The notes below the pieces were generated by a model that worked only from the letters and a program-made list of their open reading frames with translations, was not told the origin of the DNA and did not search any database. This document shows, in pieces, positions 19,100 through 27,355 of a stretch of DNA of 64,000 bases (positions within the stretch are counted from its first letter, which is position 1; every line of letters starts with the position of its first letter). Both the position numbers and the translations under genes were made by a program. The DNA lies in assembly GCA_026986775.1 (NCBI GenBank), contig JALSNX010000028.1:7609-71608 (forward strand). Direction: 5' to 3'. This stretch comes from a candidate division WOR-3 bacterium. Lineage in GTDB: Bacteria; Hydrothermota; Hydrothermia; UBA1063; CAJXJZ01.

Positions 19100-19150
19100 G
19101 GAAACTCTGAAAATACACGTTGTTTAGATCTCAAAAATGGATGTGCGAAT

Positions 19151-20116
19151 TTATTTCGGAAGGCTAACTTTTATACGTTCATGGGTGTAATCCAACTCGC
19201 ACACAGAACATCGCGAAATCAAATGAGAAAGAAGTGTAGAGTCTTTCCCGAGACCTGTTGCAAAGCCTGTCTCTATGGGGTCTACATTTAAAGGATATAT
19301 GCTGTAATGCACTGAGTCTGAGTCAATTTCAACACTGATAAAAGCCCCATTTACACTCCTTGAGTAAGAACCGAATATGAAATTACCAAGAGAATATGCT
19401 ATGAGTTTTCCCTTATATACCTCAACGGGCTGCACTCTATGGGGATGATGGCCATATACAAGGTCTGCACCGTTATCTATACATTTTCGTGCCATTTCTA
19501 TCTGATATTCCTTTGGCGTATCCATTTTCTCTGCACCAAAATGGAATGCTACTATGAGGAAATCAACCTTTTTTCTCATCTTTCGCACCATGGGAAGGAC
19601 ATTGCCGGGATAGCCGGGTGCAATACCGGGCTTTCTCTTTTCAGCATAAAACTCAAGTGGGAAGGTCATGGCAAAATTCAGAATACCTATTTTGAACCCG
19701 TTTTTTTCAAGCACTACTCCTTTTGAGGCATCTTTGAGATTTGCTCCTGCCCCCGCGTAAAAAAGCCCATGGGCTTTTATTGCCCTTATAGTTGAGAACA
19801 TTCCATCTATACCGTAATCAAGCATATGATTATTGGCAAGAAGGAAAACATTCAAACCATGCTTTTTGAACACCTTCATGAACGCTGGAGGGAATTTGTA
19901 AATGTATTTTTTGTTCGGGAATGGAATACCTGTATCCGTTGCAGGTGATTCAAGATTTACCACATTATAATCAGCCTGATTAAGTACACTATCAATATTG
20001 ACAAAAATTGAATCTGGATTTTTTAAAAGTACGTCCGTCACCCAGTTTGCAGGCATGAAATCACCGAAAAGGTTTATCCTTACCAGAGATGCAATAAGCA
20101 GGAAGGCAAAAATCAT
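19151..20116 (-). CDS. CapA/PgsA-family metallophosphoesterase (poly-gamma-glutamate/capsule biosynthesis-type)
   Basis: 321 aa. N-terminal signal. LLANNHMLDYGIDG, FHFGAEKMDTPKEYQIEMARKCIDNGADLVYGHHPHRVQPVEVYKGKLIAYSLGNFIFG are the CapA hallmark motifs. Confidence 0.8.
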   Translation of the reverse strand: MIFAFLLIASLVRINLFGDFMPANWVTDVLLKNPDSIFVNIDSVLNQADYNVVNLESPATDTGIPFPNKKYIYKFPPAFMKVFKKHGLNVFLLANNHMLDYGIDGMFSTIRAIKAHGLFYAGAGANLKDASKGVVLEKNGFKIGILNFAMTFPLEFYAEKRKPGIAPGYPGNVLPMVRKMRKKVDFLIVAFHFGAEKMDTPKEYQIEMARKCIDNGADLVYGHHPHRVQPVEVYKGKLIAYSLGNFIFGSYSRSVNGAFISVEIDSDSVHYSIYPLNVDPIETGFATGLGKDSTLLSHLISRCSVCELDYTHERIKVSLPK

Positions 20117-22197
20117 TTTTTCTCTATTTCTTCAGGTTTAAACGTTTTCTTACATTTCGGGCATCTAAAGTAAACACCTTTTTTGCCTTTTACTTTCTCA
20201 AGAACAGGGTATCCACATGATGGGCATTTAATTGCCACAGGCTCATGACTCAGTGTGAAACGACACTCAGGATAATTGCTACAGGCGTAAAAGGTCTGAC
20301 CTTTCCTGTTTTTTCTTTTTATAAGTTCGCCTCCACAGACGGGACATTTTACACCCGTTTTTTCTGGTTCGTTTAAGGGACGTGTATACTTACACTCTGG
20401 ATAATTGGAACATGCAATGAACTTCCCGTATCTACCCCACTTCACAACTAAAGGTGCACCACACACCGGACACCTTTCATCTATCTCCTTCGTGGCATCC
20501 TCATCCTTAATCTTCTTTATATTTGCTTTAAACTCCTCAAGTTTTACCTTGAGTTTTTCGTAAAACTCCCTTACAATAGACTTCCAGTCAGCCCTGCCGT
20601 TTTCTATCTCATCCAGTTGTTCCTCCATCTTTGCGGTAAAATTTACATCAAACAGGTCAGGAAATCTCGGCACCACCACTTTCTTCACAAGCATACCTAA
20701 TTCTGTGGGATACAGGGTCTTTTTTCTCCTGATAACATACTTCCTCTCTATGAGAGTGGAAATCGTTGGGGCGTAAGTGGATGGTCTTCCCACACCGAGC
20801 TGCTCAAGGGTTTTTATAAGTGTTGCATCGGTGTATCTCGGCGGTGGTTCTGTATGTTTTTCAACTATACTGAGGCTTACTTTATCAACAACATCCCCTT
20901 TCTTCATATCTGGTAAAATAACATCTTCCGGTGTTTTTTTGAGTATACGATAAAATCCATCAAATAATAACCTTGTTCCTTTGCCCTGAAACTTTATATC
21001 ATCATGTCCATGAGGCACTATACTGAAGGTGGTTTCCTGAATTTTCGCACTCTTTGCCTGCGATGCCACTGCCCTGTTCCATATGAGAGTATAGAGTTTT
21101 AAAAGGTCATTGTCTATTTTCCCTGCAAGTTGTTCTGGAGTAAGAAAGATGTCGGTGGGTCGTATGGCCTCGTGTGCACCCTGAACGTTTCTGGACTTAT
21201 CTTTAAACTCCCTTGCAGTTTTCGGAACGTAATCACTTCCATAAATGGACTTTAAAAATGACCTTATTTTTTTCAGTGCTTTCTCTGAGAGCCTCAGTGA
21301 GTCTGTTCTCATATAGGTAATAAGTCCCTTACTCTTCCCATCTATCTCAACGCCTTCATAAAGTCTCTGGGCAAGTTGCATGGTCCTCTTGGGAGAAAAA
21401 CCAAGCAACCTTGATGCATCCTGCTGAAGTGTGGAAGTCTTGTATGGTGGGGGGGGAGCAACATATTTTTCCTTCTCAGTATACTCAGCAACGATGAACT
21501 TGCTATCTTTTATTGCTCTGAGAATCTTTTCAATCTCCTCTTTTGATTCTATCCTCTTCTTTGGCTGATAAACAGCTTCAAATCTGGTTCCATCCTTCTC
21601 AAACACGCCATGAATAACATAGTAAGTTACCTTCTGAAAGGCATTTATTTTTTCTTCTCTCTCGCATATAAGGCGTAATGCCACAGTCTGAACCCTTCCT
21701 GCAGAAAGGCCTTTGGCAATGGCTTTCCATAAAAGTGGACTTATTGTGTAGCCCACGATTCTGTCAAGCGTTCGTCTCGCTTTTTGAGCATTTACAAGGT
21801 TTATGTTTATATCGGTGGGGCTTAGTATGGCGTTTTTTACCTCCTCGGGTGTAATTTCATAGAAAAGTACCCTTTTTATGGGAACATTTTTTACTTTCTT
21901 TTCTATTTCCTCTTTTATATGTTGTGCTATGGCTTCTCCCTCTCTATCGGGGTCACTTCCCAGATAAATCACACTTGCACGGCTTGCCTCTTCCTGTATC
22001 TTTTTTACCACCGGTCTTTTATCTCTCAGCAATATATAATGCGGCTCAAAATCACCATCAAGGTCTATACCCATTTTACTCTTTGGAAGGTCCTTTATAT
22101 GTCCTTTAGACGCAAGTACACTGAAACCGCGCCCAAGATAACCTTTAAGCGTCCTTGCTTTGGTAGGTGACTCTACTATTAAAAGTTTCTTTGCCAT
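20113..22197 (-). CDS. topA: DNA topoisomerase I with C-terminal zinc-ribbon repeats
   Basis: 694 aa. Toprim N-terminus MAKKLLIVESPTKARTLKGYL...IYLGSDPDREGEAIA. Multiple C-terminal CPVCG/CPSCG Zn fingers. Confidence 0.95.
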   Translation of the reverse strand: MAKKLLIVESPTKARTLKGYLGRGFSVLASKGHIKDLPKSKMGIDLDGDFEPHYILLRDKRPVVKKIQEEASRASVIYLGSDPDREGEAIAQHIKEEIEKKVKNVPIKRVLFYEITPEEVKNAILSPTDININLVNAQKARRTLDRIVGYTISPLLWKAIAKGLSAGRVQTVALRLICEREEKINAFQKVTYYVIHGVFEKDGTRFEAVYQPKKRIESKEEIEKILRAIKDSKFIVAEYTEKEKYVAPPPPYKTSTLQQDASRLLGFSPKRTMQLAQRLYEGVEIDGKSKGLITYMRTDSLRLSEKALKKIRSFLKSIYGSDYVPKTAREFKDKSRNVQGAHEAIRPTDIFLTPEQLAGKIDNDLLKLYTLIWNRAVASQAKSAKIQETTFSIVPHGHDDIKFQGKGTRLLFDGFYRILKKTPEDVILPDMKKGDVVDKVSLSIVEKHTEPPPRYTDATLIKTLEQLGVGRPSTYAPTISTLIERKYVIRRKKTLYPTELGMLVKKVVVPRFPDLFDVNFTAKMEEQLDEIENGRADWKSIVREFYEKLKVKLEEFKANIKKIKDEDATKEIDERCPVCGAPLVVKWGRYGKFIACSNYPECKYTRPLNEPEKTGVKCPVCGGELIKRKNRKGQTFYACSNYPECRFTLSHEPVAIKCPSCGYPVLEKVKGKKGVYFRCPKCKKTFKPEEIEKK

Positions 22198-23238
22198 TTA
22201 AAAATCCACATCCACTTCTCGTAAATACCTGGCAGCCTCTTCTGGAATGGTGGGGTTGATATGAAGTCCGGAACCCCACTCAAAGCCTGCTATTTTTGTG
22301 ATCCTTGGGACCAATTCTATATGCCAGTGGTAGTCATACTCTATTGTTGACCAGTAATGCGGTCTTCCAGGACGTTCATGGGTGGAAGGTGCTGTATGCA
22401 AAATCATGTTAAATGGCGGGTCATTGAGAACGACCTTTATTCTGTAAAGCATCTGCTTCAGCGCATAGGCTACATGGTAAAGCTCATCATCATTTAAAAG
22501 TGCAAAATCGTGTAAATGCTTTTTGGGAATAAGCCATGTTTCAAAGGGAAAGGAGGAGGCATATGGTTCCCAGATTACAAAGTGTTCGTTTTCCCATACT
22601 ATCCTTTCTCCCAACATTAGTTCCTGAGCCAGTATATCACACATGAGACACCTTTCTTTTCTCTTAAAGTGTTCCTGAGAGGCGGTAAGCTCTGTTGTTA
22701 CCACGGTTGGCACCATGGGAGTTGCTATTAACTGAGAATGGGGATGTTCAAGAGATGCACCTGCTTCTCTGCCATGATTTTTAAAAACAAGAATGTATCT
22801 GAATCTGATGTCCTTTCTCAAATCACGTATCCTTTCCCTGTATGCAACAAGAACATCTTTTATTTCTTCAACACTCCTGTCAGCCATGTGTGAATCATGC
22901 TTGGGTGTCTCTATTATTACCTCATGAGCACCTATACCACTTACCTTGTCAAAAAGTCCTACTCCCTCTCTTTTAAACTCACCTTCTATTCTCAGTGCAG
23001 GGAATTTATTTGGCACAACTCTTACCTTCCAGCCTGAGGTATTGGGTTCTCTATCATTTTTGTCTGTTATCACAAAGATTTCTGGTGGGGTTTTGTCTTC
23101 ATGACCATAGCAAAAAGGGCATAAAGCTCCCTTTTTCTTCTCTTCTTTAGGTATTTTGAAATCATGAGGCCTTCTACCTCTTTCCGTGGCTATAATAGTC
23201 CACCTTATCCTTAAAGGATCATATCTTATTTCTGGCAT
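22198..23238 (-). CDS. Galactose-1-phosphate uridylyltransferase (GalT) family HIT-like nucleotidyltransferase
   Basis: 346 aa. CPFCYGHE Zn-binding N-terminus and HPHSQ active-site motif. It immediately follows two GH57 genes. Confidence 0.8.
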   Translation of the reverse strand: MPEIRYDPLRIRWTIIATERGRRPHDFKIPKEEKKKGALCPFCYGHEDKTPPEIFVITDKNDREPNTSGWKVRVVPNKFPALRIEGEFKREGVGLFDKVSGIGAHEVIIETPKHDSHMADRSVEEIKDVLVAYRERIRDLRKDIRFRYILVFKNHGREAGASLEHPHSQLIATPMVPTVVTTELTASQEHFKRKERCLMCDILAQELMLGERIVWENEHFVIWEPYASSFPFETWLIPKKHLHDFALLNDDELYHVAYALKQMLYRIKVVLNDPPFNMILHTAPSTHERPGRPHYWSTIEYDYHWHIELVPRITKIAGFEWGSGLHINPTIPEEAARYLREVDVDF

Positions 23239-23239
23239 A

Positions 23240-25279
23240 CTATTCCTCCATTTTCAAACTCACGTTAAATATCTTGTGTTTAAGCGGATAGGTGAATATA
23301 ATACTGCTTCCCTGATACACCATATCCATTCCAGACTCTGACTGGGAAAGAGTGTAAACAGGGTAAACCCATATTCCACATTCCTCTGAACACACAAATT
23401 CTAATTTAATACCAAAATACTCATCTTCTATAACAAGCATATCACCTTTTCCTTCAAACATCTCCGCATTACCATGGTACTCTGCATCTTTTAGCCTGAA
23501 TACAGGTTTTACAAAATGGAGATTGAACTCAACCCCTGAAAGTAAAGTGAATGGTACCCTGCCTTTTGTATTAAGGGTAAAACTCACTGTATTTCCATCA
23601 AGTACAACTTTCTTGGCAACCTCAAATGGATAATTTCCGTTCTCTGTATATATTCCTCCATTTCTGTGAAGATAGATGGTTCTCTTTGCTCTGTCTGTTC
23701 TCAGGTTATACGGCATGTTAACAAAATCTCCCAGTTCTCTGAATTTCATATATCTCAGCATAGAAACGGTAGTATCAGGTGGTAATATATGGAAAAGCAG
23801 GGACCTTCGCTCATACCAGTCATAAACCATTTCCTTTTTGACACGAGAAGACACATACCGTTTAATCTCATGGATTGATTTTGCCTCATCCTGTTTTCCT
23901 TCTTCTTTTACTTCAACATCCTTGTGGTAGTGTTCAAATCTACGCGTAAGTGTGTCCTGAAAATTGATGCCCTTTTCCATGGAGGAAAGTTCATAAATAC
24001 TTCCATCTTTTGCTGTAATGCCTACAGAAAGCTTGCTATTTTTCATATAAACCTCATCATAGCCATCTGCATCCATGTCATCACGCACAAAAATGTCACG
24101 AGAGACCATCTTTTCCGCTGTAAGGAGATTTGAATACACTGCCCTGCGAAGATGTGGAAGGTAAAGCCCACCAAAGACACCATGCCAGTAAGCATCGTTG
24201 GCCTGTCCCCTCATAAGATGCAAAAGTGCCCTGCCCTTTTTGCTTCCCTCATATGAGTTGACCAGATTGGAAACAAAAATCATCTTTTTGTGCATTATGT
24301 TTGCTTCTGTATATTTTACCAGAAAATTCTTCCAGATTCCACCCTTTATAAACATCCTGTTGGCTTCAAACATCCTGTTTTTTCTCAGATAGTCCACAAA
24401 ATCAGTGAATTTAACGGCCACATCTGATGGTAACGACCATTCTCCCATCTCAAAATACGACGACGAGGGAAGATACACCCTGCCCAATGGTTTTCTTTTT
24501 TTCATATATCCTGAATACGTATCCGTCTCTACAAAGTCTGATGCCAGAACCAGCTCAATAAACTCCTTTAACCATCCTTTTTCATAAACCCACTCAAATG
24601 TGCCAGGCCATACGCCAAACTTTTCACCATCATCAAAAATGCATGCAGCATCAGAGGGGGCATTATCCCTTACCCATTTAAGATAATCCATAATTTCCTC
24701 TGGCTTTTTAAAGGGAATGAGATACCTGAGAGTCTGATTAATGGGAAATACTCCTATCTTTTTACCTTCAGACTCCGTATAGTAGTAGCCGAATAGATTC
24801 CTGTCTGATATACCTGCCTGAAGGAAATGGTAATCATCCACAACAACATAGGAAAGCCCTATATCAACAAGCGTCTTCAAAACATCACTTTCAAAAACCC
24901 TTTCCGTAAGCCAGAGTCCTGAAGGTCTTGTTCCAAATTTCTTTTTTATGTATGAAAGTGATTTTTTTATTTGATGACGTCTATCCATCTCCGGAATGGC
25001 AGCAAGAACTGGCTCATAAAACCCGCTTATTACAATCTCAATCTGATTTTTTGCCAGCATTTCTCCAATTATATCCATAAACTCTGGATGCTTGTCCTCA
25101 AAAAACTCCCACAGAGCTCCTGTAAAATGAACGGTGAATTTAAAATCAGGATATTTTCCGGCCACTTCCATGAACGGAAGGTAACTCTTCCTGTAGGCTT
25201 CTTCAAAAACAAAATCAAAATTGCCTACTGGCTGATGGGAATGAAGCCCAAGAAGAAGCGTGACCTTTTTATTCTTCAT
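23240..25279 (-). CDS. Glycoside hydrolase family 57 alpha-glucan enzyme (amylase/4-alpha-glucanotransferase/branching-type)
   Basis: 679 aa. N-terminal LLLGLHSHQPVGNF (GH57 HQP motif), ...WLTERVF... Confidence 0.85.
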   Translation of the reverse strand: MKNKKVTLLLGLHSHQPVGNFDFVFEEAYRKSYLPFMEVAGKYPDFKFTVHFTGALWEFFEDKHPEFMDIIGEMLAKNQIEIVISGFYEPVLAAIPEMDRRHQIKKSLSYIKKKFGTRPSGLWLTERVFESDVLKTLVDIGLSYVVVDDYHFLQAGISDRNLFGYYYTESEGKKIGVFPINQTLRYLIPFKKPEEIMDYLKWVRDNAPSDAACIFDDGEKFGVWPGTFEWVYEKGWLKEFIELVLASDFVETDTYSGYMKKRKPLGRVYLPSSSYFEMGEWSLPSDVAVKFTDFVDYLRKNRMFEANRMFIKGGIWKNFLVKYTEANIMHKKMIFVSNLVNSYEGSKKGRALLHLMRGQANDAYWHGVFGGLYLPHLRRAVYSNLLTAEKMVSRDIFVRDDMDADGYDEVYMKNSKLSVGITAKDGSIYELSSMEKGINFQDTLTRRFEHYHKDVEVKEEGKQDEAKSIHEIKRYVSSRVKKEMVYDWYERRSLLFHILPPDTTVSMLRYMKFRELGDFVNMPYNLRTDRAKRTIYLHRNGGIYTENGNYPFEVAKKVVLDGNTVSFTLNTKGRVPFTLLSGVEFNLHFVKPVFRLKDAEYHGNAEMFEGKGDMLVIEDEYFGIKLEFVCSEECGIWVYPVYTLSQSESGMDMVYQGSSIIFTYPLKHKIFNVSLKMEE

Positions 25280-25291
25280 ATCTTACCTCCT

Positions 25292-27355
25292 TCAGACAAT
25301 CCAGTTTTCCTCAACATCCTCCCGGGATATTAGTCGCAAAATATAGAACCCGCTTGCGGGAAATCTCTCCTGAACAATCTCTTTTACAATAATTTTTATA
25401 GCAAGTGCTACAGTTGTATCATCAAGCATAACCTTGCCAAGTGGGACAGAGCACTCAAATACTTTACCCTTCACACAATCTCCGTATTTTCCTTCAACAA
25501 TTTCAAATATTTTGTGCCCCTCAATATCAAAAAACTCTATTCCAATAATACTTTCCATACTTTCAAGAGATTTTTCGCCTTCCACCCTCAGATAAAGATT
25601 ATTCTCATCTCTTCCAAAGAAGAGTCTTGTAAGCGAGGATTTACCCCTTTGCATTACTCCACCCTGTCCGCTTTCAAGGTCAATAACACCAGCACCCAGC
25701 CATTCAAAGAAGTTGGTTACTTTACCATCAAGAGTAGGAGAAATAAAATCACTCTCCTCCTCTATTACATATGTTCTCTTTCTTGTCACGCGTACTGGTA
25801 CATCAAGAAATCCCGGTACATTTCTGCCCAATTTTCTGTAAATCTCTTTTAGATGCTCTCTAAATAGTACATCAAATGTCTCAGCATAAAACGTGGGATT
25901 GTCATCTCCATACCACCAGAACCAGTCCGAACCTTCAGCATATATAAGCTCCATCTCTGCATGACTTTGCTCTTTTAAACTATCTTTGACTTCGTTCTTT
26001 ACGCGAACCAGGTATTCCCATGCTTTGTTTTTTTCAGGATGTCCTATCCATGTGGTGAAATCTGACCTTATCCATGACCCCGGGTGTAACCTCACAAGTT
26101 TTTTACTTTCATGGTTCAGTAAATCTTCTCCCGTCACAAACTCAACCATACCTGAAGCTTCAAGTGTTGAAAATAGTTTCTTCAAAAAGGGTACTCCACC
26201 GTCTTTATAGTTTTCCCAGGGGTTTTCTCCATCAAGAATAATACTTACAACCTCTCCGCCATGCAACACAATGTTTCTTATCCTGTCCATAAAATAAGAA
26301 ATTGCTTTTTCCTTACTCAATCTGTATAAATCAAAGCCTATGCTATCAGACAGTTCCCTATCTCTAAATAAAATCCTGACACCATTAAACTCATATATTT
26401 TGTAAATTTCTGAGGGAAAGTCTCCATTGCGGATTACGTATCCCAGAGATTTTTCCAGTATACCCTCATCAGTACCCACCCACTTTACATCATGCACCCG
26501 GGCAAGATTAATAAATTTTTCAGAAACACCACCCTCAGCAGGCCACATCCCTGAAGGTCTTTTTTTGAATACGGACTCTATGTAATCCATACCAAGTAAA
26601 AGTTGCCTCTCTGCATTTTTCGGGAACCTCCACCTTGTTTCAGGGAGACGAGTATATGGATTTGAAACTTCTGCACAGGATGAGTCTATAAGTAAAGGTG
26701 AGATCGGATGCGCATAGGGTGTAAATGTTATTTCTATCTTGCCTTCTTCCTGCAATTTTCTATAAAGAGGCACAATACGAGAAAGTAAAGTTTTATGCAC
26801 TTCTAAAACCACAGTCTTGTCTTCCTCGCTGTATCCGTAATCTTTTCTTTTTAACTCACCAAGCTCTGGAAACTCTTTTATTGCATAAACAGAGGTGTTA
26901 TAAAGATAAAACAGAATCTGAAGGTCCCTTATCTCACTCGTGGTAAACCTGCTAACCTTTTTTTCTATATCATAGGGACTACCCCTCTTGTCCAGAAGAT
27001 ACAAATAACGCTTTGAGTTTTTGAGCTTCGTGTTGTAATTTAAAGAAAAGAAGTTTTTCAGAATAAATACTCTCTCTTCAAAAGAAAGTGATTCAGCATC
27101 CTTTTTGAAATGTTGTAGAAACACATCCTCAAAATCGTTATTTATATAATCGTTGAGCTGTTCAATGAGGCTCGGAACAAAATTAATGGTGAGCTTTATG
27201 TTATCAATGTCTTCTATCACACGTGCCACATCGTAATATTCTCTTATTCCGTGCATATAAACCCATGGCATGAGATAAACATTCTTTCCGTCCTTTCTTA
27301 TACGATAAACGGGCTGGTGCATATGAAACAAAAACAGAATCTTTACTTTATCCAT
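25292..27355 (-). CDS. Second GH57 family alpha-glucan-active enzyme
   Basis: 687 aa. ILFLFHMHQPVYRI... GH57 N-terminal motif, GMWPAEGGVS. A paralog of the neighbouring gene. Confidence 0.85.
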   Translation of the reverse strand: MDKVKILFLFHMHQPVYRIRKDGKNVYLMPWVYMHGIREYYDVARVIEDIDNIKLTINFVPSLIEQLNDYINNDFEDVFLQHFKKDAESLSFEERVFILKNFFSLNYNTKLKNSKRYLYLLDKRGSPYDIEKKVSRFTTSEIRDLQILFYLYNTSVYAIKEFPELGELKRKDYGYSEEDKTVVLEVHKTLLSRIVPLYRKLQEEGKIEITFTPYAHPISPLLIDSSCAEVSNPYTRLPETRWRFPKNAERQLLLGMDYIESVFKKRPSGMWPAEGGVSEKFINLARVHDVKWVGTDEGILEKSLGYVIRNGDFPSEIYKIYEFNGVRILFRDRELSDSIGFDLYRLSKEKAISYFMDRIRNIVLHGGEVVSIILDGENPWENYKDGGVPFLKKLFSTLEASGMVEFVTGEDLLNHESKKLVRLHPGSWIRSDFTTWIGHPEKNKAWEYLVRVKNEVKDSLKEQSHAEMELIYAEGSDWFWWYGDDNPTFYAETFDVLFREHLKEIYRKLGRNVPGFLDVPVRVTRKRTYVIEEESDFISPTLDGKVTNFFEWLGAGVIDLESGQGGVMQRGKSSLTRLFFGRDENNLYLRVEGEKSLESMESIIGIEFFDIEGHKIFEIVEGKYGDCVKGKVFECSVPLGKVMLDDTTVALAIKIIVKEIVQERFPASGFYILRLISREDVEENWIV

